This document shows, in pieces, positions 1 to 12,935 of a DNA stretch of 64,000 nt. The notes beneath the pieces were generated by a model. That model worked only from the letters and a program-made list of their open reading frames with translations. It did no database searches and was not told the origin of the DNA. Position numbers and translations under genes: made by a program. Location: NCBI GenBank assembly GCA_964016885.1, contig OZ024759.1:34410001-34474000 (forward strand), read 5' to 3'. Source of the DNA: Eledone cirrhosa (lineage: Eukaryota). Every line of letters begins with the position of its first letter. The first letter of the stretch is position 1.

Positions 1-62
1 CCCTAAGTATTGAGTACTTTGGTGCGTTATGGTCCACCTGGTTCCTTACCACATTTCCTTCG

Positions 63-64
<2 letters not shown>
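1..64 (+). mobile_element. Family A 3' tail of (TA)n-embedded micro-element (cut by window edge)
   Basis: Same sequence (ccctaagtattgagtact..ggtgcgttatggtccacctgg..ccttcgtta) recurs at ~36030, ~39982, ~45786, and reversed at ~27987, ~45918, ~50082, each abutting (TA)n. Confidence 0.75.
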
Positions 65-122
<58 letters not shown>

Positions 123-123
<1 letters not shown>

Positions 124-324
124 TTTTAATATAGATGAGATTCTACAGGACTAGAACTGTTTCATTCATTAGAAATCATCAGGAATCATGAGATTCCTGA
201 TGATTTCTAATGAATGAAACAGTTCTAGTCCTGTAGAATCTCATCTATATTAAAACTTTTATACTCTGCTATGTATTGAGTACCTTACTTACTGTGGTTA
301 CCTCCGATTCAACCCGGAATAACG
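123..324 (+). mobile_element. Family B fold-back micro-element (65-bp arms 123-187/192-256, then ~70-bp tail) in (TA)n
   Basis: Perfect inverted repeat around loop ATGA; tail shared with copies at 4735, 6675, 47000, 61136. Confidence 0.8.
188..244 (+). ncRNA. Type I hammerhead ribozyme (family B)
   Basis: AUGAGAUUC-CUGAUGA-uUUCuaauGAAu-GAA-ACAG-uucuaguc-CUGU-A-GAAUCUCAU: 9-bp stem I, 4-bp stem III, GUA site (cut after 235); stem II weak. A mirror copy with 5-bp stem I lies on the minus strand at 139-187. Confidence 0.8.
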
Positions 325-361
<37 letters not shown>

Positions 362-385
362 ATATATATGTATGTATATATATAC

Positions 386-417
<32 letters not shown>

Positions 418-439
418 TTAAATATATATATATATTTAA

Positions 440-498
<59 letters not shown>

Positions 499-741
499 CA
501 TGGTACCAAGTCTTCGGCAACACTCCCCCGCCGTACGCGTGCTACAAACATATATGTTAACGATATATTTACAAGTAGAGAATGACAGAATGAGAGAATT
601 TACGAATGAACGAATGGTTCAGTGAATGAATGAATGACAGCGAAACGTGTTTTGGACGGGATTGTGTTTTTTACTCGACAGAGAAGACTTTCAAACTGAC
701 AGATAGATAGATGGATAGATAGATAGAGAGATAGATAGATA

Positions 742-1496
742 TATTTCTTTATTAGCCACAGGGGCACAAAAGAAGGGGACAAATACAAAGGGGGAAGTTT
801 ACATACAATAAAAACGTGTAAAATGTTATCACAGATGGAATTTAAAAGTTAGTCGATTTTCCCCAATAGAGGGAGACAGTTTATATGGGTAACACAGACC
901 CCCGAAAAAAATGTGCAACCCTCATCTCCAGGAGTACGAAGAGCTTGTACTCCTTTCCTCTCCTCCTCCTTTTCCTCAACCTACAGGCTGATATAGAGAG
1001 AAGGCCCATTCACTCGGGCCATTCTCGCCACTTTCACCCACCTTTCATAAAACTTGCTGGGGTACAGCACCTCTCTCTCCATCCTGATTCTTCTTCCAAA
1101 GTGGTATTTGAAAAAAAGAATCAGTTGTTGGCCGGAGAGAAAGGTGTCTGACCTCAGCCCTTTCAACCTTGTCCACCATACAACCTCTTTCGCCATAGCT
1201 ATCACACAAAGGAAAACCGCCTCTCCTTCGTTTTTGAAGGAGGGTGGCGGTTTGATCATGACAATGGACTCGGTGGTCAACTGGATTGGTCCCACCCGCG
1301 ACAATAGTCGTTCCACATAGCCCCACAGGTCAGTGACGCCCGGGCAGTGTATGAATGCGTGCGCGACGGTTTCTTCGTCTCGCACGCACCTCGGACAGAT
1401 CTTTTTTGCAGGGTCCCTTCCCGGGCGCCCATGTCTGTAGAGCTTGTCTCGAACTGGTAGAGCTCCTCGGTAGCACTGCCAGGCCAGGGACTTTTG
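742..1496 (-). mobile_element. 5'-truncated L1/Tx1-like LINE 3' end (ORF2 C-terminus with CCHC knuckle plus 3'UTR) in (GATA)n
   Basis: Frame 1496->981 reads QKSLAWQCYRGALPVRDKLYRHG..CPRCVRDEETVAHAFIHCP..LW; AATAAA at 3' end; (GATA)n on both flanks. Confidence 0.8.
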
Positions 1497-1502
1497 ATAG
1501 AG

Positions 1503-1550
<48 letters not shown>

Positions 1551-1575
1551 TGTTTCATGTATTTATGAATATTGT

Positions 1576-1625
<50 letters not shown>

Positions 1626-1791
1626 GTGTATATATATATGTGTGTGTAAACTACGTGAATTTGTATATCTGGCGATATACGGTATGTTTATAAATAAACA
1701 CACACACACACATATATATATATTATATATATATTAACTTACTATAAAAATAGTAACAACAAAGTCAAGTCGAGTTATGTTACCTATTCAT

Positions 1792-1937
1792 TTCAGTGTT
1801 TTACGATCGTTTCGGAGTGTTTATCATATTGACATATTGACTGATATATAGCAGTTATATAATTGTATACTATCAGACATAATATATGGTTATATAGCTG
1901 CTATAGATCAGTCAATGTATCAATATGATCACTGAAA
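1792..1937 (-). repeat. Long hairpin with 3' half of a hammerhead (core deleted)
   Basis: Minus strand GAA-ACGAUCGU-A-AAACACUGAA, with UUCAGUG upstream of a ~40-bp imperfect stem; CUGAUGA absent. Confidence 0.45.
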
Positions 1938-2118
1938 AGGTCACAGAATGTGTGACGAATGAACTTTGACAATATATGAACAACCGTCCGGTTATGGAAC
2001 CAACCAACCAACCGGAAATTTATAAATTCTTAAATTTATAAATTTTATTTATAATAAATTGGAGGGAAAGCAACTGGTGCGTGTGTTTCTTATTTGCAAC
2101 ATGACCCTCCCAAAGTAT

Positions 2119-2201
<83 letters not shown>

Positions 2202-2302
2202 TTGATATATATTTATCCTTATCGAGCCCTCTTTGGATTTTAGTCTTCAAATTTATTATATATATGTGTGTGTGTGTGTGTGCGTGTGTATGTATGTATG
2301 TA

Positions 2303-2630
2303 TGATGGTATCCAATGATGTTGACTTGTTCTGCTTTTTGGTAAATATCATCTTGGTTAAGAGAGTGGGACTGGCTTTGTGCAGTGCCTTTGCTCACTAT
2401 AAAAGCTTCACGGCATTGCTTTATATCTGGAGATCTCTCTGCACTTGTCGTCACATGGTACCATGGGCCCAGCACTATGTGTCAGTAATTGTCACAAGTG
2501 TAGTGTTTGTACCAGAGTTTTCAAGTCGCTGGCTAGACTAAGAAGTCACACTCGTTCAGCGCATCGGTAGGAGTTCTCCTACATGGATATAAAGTAGTGG
2601 CCGCACTCGAAAACGAGTTGGCAGCCACCA
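2303..2630 (+). mobile_element. RTE-type LINE 3' end with C2H2 finger remnant
   Basis: 2490-2570 = [26 protein letters not shown]; near-identical copy at 53357-53683; ends in a microsatellite. Confidence 0.7.
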
Positions 2631-2799
2631 TGTATGTATGTATGTATGTATAAAGGGAAACTTCGACACACTGTCGCAACATGTTACATTATACAGCGTC
2701 GTACTTATAGATTCACATTAATAAATCATTCTAATATATATTTATAAAGCTCTCAAAATATAATATAGATGTACTTATGTCACATATATATACACCCAT

Positions 2800-3650
<851 letters not shown>

Positions 3651-3681
3651 GGGTGAGTTCCGAGTTCATTTAAAGTATGAA

Positions 3682-3822
3682 GATAAATTTGACATAGAAA
3701 TGGCTTCTACAGGACTAGAACTATTTCATTCGTAGGAAATCATCACTGGCTTTACTGATGGGTTCCTTCCGATGGAACAGTTCTAGTCCTGTAGAAGCCA
3801 TTTCTATACCAAATTTATATCT
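3682..3822 (+). mobile_element. Family B fold-back element, degenerate hammerhead (3747-3800)
   Basis: Imperfect palindrome; core mutated to CUGAUGG/GGAAC; stem III CAG..CUGUA and GGCUU/AAGCC retained. Confidence 0.7.
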
Positions 3823-3835
3823 ATAAATATGTGTG

Positions 3836-3920
<85 letters not shown>

Positions 3921-4084
3921 TTGTAAGGAGAGAGAGAGAGAAAGACAGAGAGATAGCGAGAGAGAGAGAGAAGCAATGCCTTATACACTGTAAGTGACTA
4001 GAAATTATGAATGAAAATTTCTCTAACGCTCTCGCTGTTGGCGGCAGAGTTGTGTTGTTATAGTAGAAATAGTAGTAGAATTAT

Positions 4085-4570
4085 TGATGTGGTGGTGCTG
4101 TTGGTGGTGTAGTGTATGTGTTGGTGGTGTAGTGGATGTTGTGGTGGTGGTGTTGGTGGTGTAGTGTTGATGTTGTGGTGTTGTTGTTGTGGTGGTGGTG
4201 TTGGTGGTGTAGTGTTGGTGTGGTGGTGTTGTGGTGGTGGTGTTGGTGGTGTAGTGTTGGTGTGGTGTTGTTGTGGTGGTGGTGGTTTGGTGGTGTGGTG
4301 TTGGTGTTGGTGGTGTAGTGGTGGTGGTGTTGGTGGTGTGGTGGTGTTGGTGGTGTGGTGGTGCTGTGGTGGTGGTGTTGTGTTGGTGGTGGTGGTGCTG
4401 GTGTTGGTGGTGTAGTGGTGGTGGTGATGGTGTGGTGGCGGTGGTGGTGTGGTGTTGTTGTTGTGGTGTTGTTGTTGTGGTGTTGGTGGTGTGATGTTGT
4501 TGTTGTGGTGTTGTTGTTGTGGTGGTGGTGTTGGTGGTGTTGGTGGTGAGGTTGGTGGTGTTGTGGTGTG
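4085..4570. repeat. (GGT/GTT)n degenerate repeat
   Basis: Direct inspection. Confidence 0.9.
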
Positions 4571-4734
4571 GCAGGGTTGTGTTTTAATATAGTAAAAATA
4601 GTAGCACAATTATTGATGTTGTTATTGTCGTTGTCGTTGTTGTTGTGGTCGTGAGGGGCGGGGGGAGAGAGACCGTGAGAGAGAGAGAGAGAGAGAGAGA
4701 GACAGAAGTAGAAGAGAGAGTGATGAATATATAT

Positions 4735-4905
4735 ATTTAATGTAGAAAGACTTCTACGAGGCTAGAGCTGTACAGCTTCCTGATGATTTCTCCGGAATGA
4801 AACAGTTCTAATCCTGTAGAAGCCTTTCTACATTAAACATTTATACTCTGCTTTGTATTGAGTACCTTACTTACTGTGGTTACCCCCGATTGTACCCGGG
4901 ATAAA

Positions 4906-4908
<3 letters not shown>
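4735..4908 (+). mobile_element. Family B element with hammerhead 4775-4823
   Basis: GCUUC-CUGAUGA..GAAACAG..CUGUA-GAAGC; short inverted 5' arm; shared tail ending at (TA)n. Confidence 0.78.
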
Positions 4909-4964
<56 letters not shown>

Positions 4965-4974
4965 TATATATCGA

Positions 4975-5177
4975 TCGACTTTCGTCAAATCGGACCAAGG
5001 AAACAATGTTTCCGTTGGTCTTTCCAACTGCTAATACTATCTGTCGATCGCAACTCCAGGTAGAAGGAGCAACGTGAAATAAAGTGTCTTGCTCAAGGAC
5101 ATAACGCATCGCCTGGTCCAGGAATCGAACTCACAGCCTCAAGACTGTGAATCTAATTCTCTAACCACACGCCTTCA
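4975..5177 (-). mobile_element. tRNA-derived SINE (type 2)
   Basis: Minus strand: B-box GAGTTCGATTCC followed by GTCCTTGAGCAAGACACTT; related copies at 9940-10075 and 52019-52120. Confidence 0.7.
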
Positions 5178-5289
5178 TATATATACATATATATATTATG
5201 TATGGGTGGATATACACACACACCTATGTATATGTGTGTATGTGTAAGTATGGGGGTGTGTGTGTGTGTACGTATGTGTGTGTGTGTGT

Positions 5290-5339
<50 letters not shown>

Positions 5340-5412
5340 CCACGTATCTGATATCTTATCTATGCACTTTTGAGTGTCTGTATGTGTGTGTGTTTGTTGA
5401 CAATTTCTGTAT

Positions 5413-5464
<52 letters not shown>

Positions 5465-5733
5465 TGTATCAATACATGGTAGTATCGATTTCAGATCACT
5501 TGACACTAATAAACAATCAACATCTCAATAGAATTGCTTTTTATTGAGAAATTGTTGCTATTTTAGGAATATATACACACATACTTACATATAATCATAC
5601 ACACAGATACACCTATATATATATACACATATATAAACATACACACAGAAACACCTATATATATATATATATATACACACATATATAAACATACACACAG
5701 ATACACCTATATATATATATATATATATACACC

Positions 5734-5765
<32 letters not shown>

Positions 5766-5797
5766 TATACATATATAAACATACACGCAGATACACC

Positions 5798-5829
<32 letters not shown>

Positions 5830-6496
5830 ACACATATATATATATATATACATATACTTACGCATAAACACACACATACATACATATATATATATATACA
5901 TACAAGTATTCACTCCCACACTGACACACGTACAGTCATATATGCTGACATACACACATACACATACACACGCACATACACACACACATACACATATATA
6001 TATATGTTATATATACACACACACATATATATATATACATATATACACACACACATGCACACACATACACACACACACATACACACACACACATACATAC
6101 ATACATACATACACACACATACACACACATACACACACACACACATATATATGTGTACATACATATATATATGTTATACATATATATATGTTATACATAT
6201 ATATAAGTTATACATATATATATGTTATATATACACACACACATATATATATATATATACACACACGTACACAAATACATATACATGCACACATACAGAC
6301 ATCATCGACAGTGTGTGTGTGTATATATAAATATATACCTATATATGTGTCTATATATATGTGTGGTGGAGTTGTTATGCAACACGGTGCAGTTTCTGCA
6401 GCGTGTCATTCCGATGCTCTGTTTGCGTGCACATCATAGATCCCTCTCTCTCTCTCTCCCTCTCCCTCTCTCCCTCTCTCTCTATCTCTCTCTCTA

Positions 6497-6637
6497 GAGA
6501 GGCGCATCCCCCCTATTGGGGATTTCGATTGTTGAAATTGTTTGTTTTTATATTTTTTACACGACTGTATGTAAAATCCCCGGCATGTCTTTGTATTGTC
6601 CCCTTTCTTGTTGCGCCCTTGTGGCTAATAAAGAAAT
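6497..6637 (+). mobile_element. 3'UTR fragment of the same Tx1-like family as 742-1496
   Basis: Shares ctattgggga..ttttacacg..tgtatgtaaa..tgtcccctt..tgtggctaataaagaaat. Confidence 0.7.
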
Positions 6638-6674
6638 CTATATATATGTATATATGTATATATATATATATATA

Positions 6675-6810
6675 AGGCATCCTGATGATTTCTACCGAAT
6701 GAAACAGTTCTAGTCTTGTTGAAGCCTTTCTACATTAAATATTTATGCTCTGCTATGTATTGAGTACCTTACTTACTGTGGTTTCCCCCGATTGAACCCG
6801 GGATAAACTT
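6675..6810 (+). mobile_element. Family B element (hammerhead 6675-6727 plus tail, no inverted arm)
   Basis: AGGCaUC-CUGAUGA..GAAACAG..UUGUU-GAaGCCU between two (TA)n tracts. Confidence 0.75.
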
Positions 6811-6860
6811 ATATATATATATATATATATATATATCTTACACTATTCATCACAACACCC

Positions 6861-6946
<86 letters not shown>

Positions 6947-7047
6947 CTCTCTGTATGTATCTATCTGTATCCACCTCTTTCTCTTCTTCTCCGCCTCTGT
7001 CTCCATAGCTCTCTCACACATCCATACACATTTTCTCTTCTTCTCTG

Positions 7048-7148
<101 letters not shown>

Positions 7149-7422
7149 GTGTGAGTTTGCATATGAACTGTAAATGGCTGAGTATTCCCTGGACAAATGT
7201 AGAAAGCCAGAATCATCGTGAGACAATTATTGATATATTTAATTAAAGATACAATCCATTCGACAACTGCTCACATTCAACCCGTGAACTAACATGCGTG
7301 TGGTTGAGTATTCCGTATACAATGTTACCCGCGCAGAATCAGAAACACAGAATACTTCACTCGGTTGGACATTTATGTGGATTACAGGTACATTTCATCT
7401 AACTGGTTTTCACGTCTAGTTC

Positions 7423-7952
7423 GTGGAGACTTCTGGTGTCCTTGGCCCTAGGGCTACCTCCCTACTTACCATCATAGGCGCTGAGCTGTTAGCCGTAGCA
7501 GTGGAGACTTCTGGTGCCCTTGGCCCTAGGGCTACCCCCCTACTTACCATCATATGCGTTGAGCTGTTAGCCGTAGCAGTGGAGACTTCTGGTGTCCTTG
7601 GCCCTAGGGCTACCCCCCTACTTACCATCATAGGCGCTGAGCTGTTAGCCGTAGCAGTGGAGACTTCTGGTGTCCTTGGCCCTAGGGCTACTCCCTACTT
7701 ACCATCATAGGCGCTGAGCTGGCTACCCGTAACAGTGGAGACTTCTGGTTTCCTTGGCCCTAAGGCCACCTCCTTACTCACCACCATCGGCACAAAGTTG
7801 GCTACCCGTAGCAGTGAAGACTTCTGGTTTCCTTGGCCCTAGGGCCACCTCCATTCTCACCACCATCGGCACAAAGTTGGCTACCCATAGCAGTGAAGAC
7901 TTCTGGTGTCCTTGGCCGTAGGACCACCATCGGCACAGAGTTGGCTACCCGT
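7423..7952. repeat. GC-rich 78-bp minisatellite, ~6.5 copies
   Basis: gtggagacttctgg starts at 7423, 7501, 7579, 7657, 7735 and continues. Confidence 0.95.
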
Positions 7953-8029
7953 ATGTGTGGGCTTCGCAAGATGAATTGGCTTTTCCAGCGTTCTCCCTCA
8001 CCATCCACCGGTGAAAAGCCTTCTCTATT

Positions 8030-8746
8030 ACAACTACTACTACTACTACTACTTCTACCATTACATCTACAACTGCCTCTACTACTACTACTACTACTAC
8101 TCCTACCACTACTACTACTACTACTACTACTATTGCTACATATTGTTACAACGTAACAAAAGCGGTAATTACAACAATTTATCAGTTACTAATAATACCA
8201 AGAGTAGTAATAGTACTGGTAGTAGTAGTGGTAGTGGTAGTAGTAGGCGGAGGGGGAGGAGGAGTAATCGTAGTAGTAGTAGTGGCAGTGATGGTGGTGG
8301 TGGTAGTGATAGTGATGATGATGATGGTAGTAATGGTGGTGTTGATGATGATGATGTTAGTAGTGGTGGTGTTAGTAGTGATGATGATGATGGTGATGGT
8401 AGTAGTGGTGGTGTTGATGATGATGATGATGATGATGATGATAGTAGTAGTGGTGGTGTTAGTAGTGATGATGATGATGGTGGTGGTGGTGGTGGTGACT
8501 GTCGCGGTAGTGATGACGCTGATGATGATGGCAGTCAAGCAAGAAATAGATCAATATCGATCACTGCTCTGTGAACAATAACAAATAACGATTTGTTCAT
8601 TAGTCAGGAAACCTTGCTTGTCAGGCAAGTAGAGTTAAGTCTCTTGCTTAAGGACAGTCAACAATTAGAGTTAAACGACAATTGCAGTAGCAGCTAACGG
8701 AAGATGTCGGACAATCGTAGTAGTAATAGTAGTAGTAGTAGTAGTT

Positions 8747-8810
<64 letters not shown>

Positions 8811-8856
8811 CAGTAGTAGTAGTGGTAGTAGTAGTAATGGTGGTGTGGTGGTGGTG

Positions 8857-8913
<57 letters not shown>

Positions 8914-8946
8914 ATGGCGGTGTGGTGGTGGTGCTGGTAGTAATAT

Positions 8947-9042
<96 letters not shown>

Positions 9043-9154
9043 CAGTAGTAGTAGTAGTGGTAGTAGTAGTAATGGTGGTGTGGTGGTGGTGGTGGTGGTG
9101 GTGGTAGTAGTAGTAGTGATGGTGGTGTGGTGGTGGTGGTGCTGGTAGTAATAT

Positions 9155-9198
<44 letters not shown>

Positions 9199-9302
9199 AT
9201 GGTGGTGGTGGTGGTGGTGGTAGTAATATTAGTAGTAGTAGTAGTAGTAATGGTGGTGGTGGTGGTGGTGGTAGTAATATTAGTAGTAGTAGTAGTAGCA
9301 GC

Positions 9303-9357
<55 letters not shown>

Positions 9358-9425
9358 ATGGTGGGAGGGAGGTAGTAGTAGTGGTGGTGGTGGTGGTAGT
9401 AGTAGTGGTGGTGGTGGTGGTAGTA
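8030..9425. repeat. (TAC)/(TAG)/(GAT)/(GGT) trinucleotide repeat complex
   Basis: Direct inspection. Confidence 0.9.
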
Positions 9426-9939
9426 GAGGGAGTACCGGAGGTGATATCCTGTTCGTGTTAAATTCCACTTTTTTATATTCCATTCTAATTATCCATACAC
9501 GTGTTCCTCTACAATACGAACAGCAGCCTTATTACACGATGTCACATTGATCCTAAGTATTACATTAAACGTACAAACACCTGAAGAATCTTACCTTATC
9601 CATCTCCCCTATGCGAAACAGCAGAACAACTTCATGCTAACAGTCTATGTTGCCCCATCAAGGTTTATTGGTCATTCTTGTTAATCCCAGTGTCTTTTGC
9701 TATGGTACCTTGGTATATGAGCTTTCTGCCTTCTTATCCTTGGCCCTTAGGCGAAAAAGCAAGTACAACATCTTACCAAAAGTCTTTGTTTCTCATCAAG
9801 ATTTGTTGTTGTTGTTGTTGTTATTGTTGTTGTTACAGCTCACACCTATGCAGGTTTAGCTGGCCTCCTCCAAGGTATATCTCGTTGGAGGTATCTTGAG
9901 TAATTTAATGATAGGGTCCCTAGTCTTATCATCTCATTT

Positions 9940-10075
9940 CTACAGCTGAATAAACTAGAATAACGTGAAATAAAGTGTCTTGCTCAAGGAAACATCACAT
10001 CACCCGGTCCGAGAATTGAACTTACAACCTTTCCATTGCACGCCCAATGCTCTAGCCACTAAGCCATGCGCATCA
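9940..10075 (-). mobile_element. tRNA-derived SINE (type 2)
   Basis: Minus strand GGCTTAGTGG A-box, B-box-like GTTCAATTCT, CCTTGAGCAAGACACTT. Confidence 0.68.
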
Positions 10076-10179
10076 AGATTTGTAGGAGGTATTCGAGGTC
10101 AATTCCAGTGTCTCTTGCTATGGTATCGTGGTATCTGAGCTTTCTTGGTAGAGGAAAGAGATCTCACACAACAACAGGT

Positions 10180-10365
10180 GTGAAACCATCTCATCTTTTA
10201 TGCGGAAGCAGTGACCAACCAACCTTGCACGTCATTCGACCAGTTAAGTATTTATACCGGAGGGTTTTTTTCCGTATATCTGATGAAACGTGGGATGGCT
10301 TTGCCAAGGAATATTTTGACACTTTCTCAGAAGGATAGTGTAACATCCATCTAAACTCTCCTGTT
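10180..10365 (-). pseudogene. Decayed RTE/RTEX-type LINE ORF fragment (post-RT region)
   Basis: Reads ESLDGCYTILLRKCQNIPWQSHPTFHQIYG, matching the LDGxYTRLLR..NIxW..HPT...LYG pattern. Confidence 0.6.
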
Positions 10366-10789
10366 AATGGGGGTGTAAGTTCCAGGTCTCAGAACGACAG
10401 AGAAGGACAAGCTCTACTGTTATTCTAGACCAGATCATACAAAACGAGTTTCTACCTGTAATTGATAGACACCCACGTGACGCACTAAATCCCATTAATT
10501 CTATCTATGTATTATATTAACTGTTTACATGTCTGCGGAATATTCGGCCACATTATAATCCAATACGCCGTTGGTTCAGTCGAATCAATAAAAAAAAGAC
10601 CTAAAGCACTCCTCGTCGAATTCGACGAAAGATCTTTTTACATTTTAATGTTATTGTTGCTGTTTTTTACTTTATTTCCATCTGTACTAAATGGCCTTTC
10701 AGTAATAATTATCATAGCGGCACAACATCAAAGAAGTGAGAAATATCACATATAGAGAGATATGTGTGCGTGAGAGAGAGGGAGAGTGA

Positions 10790-11410
10790 GTATATGTGTG
10801 TGCCCGTGTTACTGTGTGTGTATTTGTGTACCAGTGTGTGCCTGTGTGTGGCTGTGTGTGTATTTGTGTACCAGTGTGTGGCTGGGTTACTGTGTGTGTG
10901 TTTGTGTACCAGTGTGTGCCTGTGTGTGGCTGTGTGTGTGCTTTTGTACCAGTGTGTGGCTGTGTGTGCCCGTGTTACCGTGTGTGTGTTTGTGTACCAG
11001 TGTGTGGCTGTGTTACTGTGTGTGTGTTTATGTACCAGTGTGTGGCTGTGTGTGCTTGTGTTACTGAGTGTGTGTTTGTGTACCAGTGTGTGGCTGGGTT
11101 ACTGTGTGTGTGTTTGTGTACCAGTGTGTGGCTGTGTGTGGGTTTGTGTGGCTGTGTTACTTTGTGTGTATTTGTGTACCAGTGTGTGGCTGTATTACTT
11201 TGTGTGTATTTGTGTACCAGTGTGTGGCTGGGTTACTGTGTGTGTGTTTATGTACCAGTGTGTGCCTGTGTTACTCTGTGTGTGTTTGCGTATCAGTTGG
11301 TGCCTGTGTTACTGTGTGTGTGTTTATGTCTCAGTGTATGGATGTATGTGCCTCTGTTACTCTGTGTGTGATTGTGTATCAGTGTGTGTGTTTATGCCTC
11401 TGTCAGTGTC
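10790..11410. repeat. TG-rich minisatellite (tgtgtaccagtgtgtggctg core)
   Basis: Direct inspection. Confidence 0.9.
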
Positions 11411-11660
11411 TCGAGTGTAATAGAATGAACAAATGGCATTGATGATAAAAATATATAAAAAAGAACTAAGAATAAATTCACGGTTTCAATACAAGGGAGC
11501 TATTACTGCGAGGTAAAAACAATACTAATTTCTGAACGTCGTTTTTCGGCGGGAAAATAAATAGGAAAGTACATTTCATTCTTTCGTTTCTTTTTCGTTT
11601 TTGTTTTCTGTCTTTCACATTTTCCTTTAGATTGAAGTCAATAAGGAAGTTACATCAAGT

Positions 11661-11764
<104 letters not shown>

Positions 11765-11934
11765 ATTATATATATATATATATATATATAGTGTGTGTGT
11801 GTGTGTACATAGATAGATAGATAGATAGAGAGCTATTATATATATATATATATACATGTGTGTGTGGCTACTGTATGCGTATGCATATACACATATATAA
11901 ACATATATAAATGTGTATATAAAAACATATACAA

Positions 11935-11979
<45 letters not shown>

Positions 11980-12017
11980 TATATTCAAATATATATATAT
12001 TAGTATTTATGGAAGAG

Positions 12018-12069
<52 letters not shown>

Positions 12070-12374
12070 CACTTTCATGCCAGCCGAATAGTTTAAAATA
12101 GTTGTAAAAGAAAGGACATAAGTAAATACATATGTGTAATGTGAGAGTAAAGATTCTGCGACATTAGTATGGCGGAGGAGGGAGGGTACGGGACAATAAC
12201 ACGGTCAAGTACATGGAGGTATAACAAGCACAGATCTATAATAATGTTAGAGGACGGATGGGTGGTGATGTGGTGGGATGGAGGTGTGGTGCTATGGTCA
12301 GATGGTGGTATGGTGGAAAAACACGACAAACAAGAATAAAACAAGAACAATAACTATGTGTATATATATATGTG

Positions 12375-12444
<70 letters not shown>

Positions 12445-12595
12445 AGAGAGAGAGAGAAATATATACATATACATATATATACCTATACCTACATAAATAC
12501 ATATTCATATACGTATATATGTATATATATATATATACATATAAATATATATACATATATACGTAAACATATTTGTATGTATAAATATACATATT

Positions 12596-12651
<56 letters not shown>

Positions 12652-12671
12652 TATGCATATATATACATATT

Positions 12672-12730
<59 letters not shown>

Positions 12731-12736
12731 ACACAT

Positions 12737-12811
<75 letters not shown>

Positions 12812-12840
12812 TATACACATATATATATATATATACATAC

Positions 12841-12923
<83 letters not shown>

Positions 12924-12935
12924 CATACATATATA

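Noticed and set aside
2655-2700. GAC..GTC-GCAACATGTTA as a hammerhead half
   Set aside because: Both core segments deviate; insufficient support.
7423-7952. CRISPR-like regular repeat (also 29598-29995 and 57126-57545)
   Set aside because: No unique spacers, no cas genes, eukaryotic context.
10275-10300. CTGATGAAAC as a hammerhead
   Set aside because: The two core halves overlap with no stem II; it is the antisense of a LINE coding remnant.
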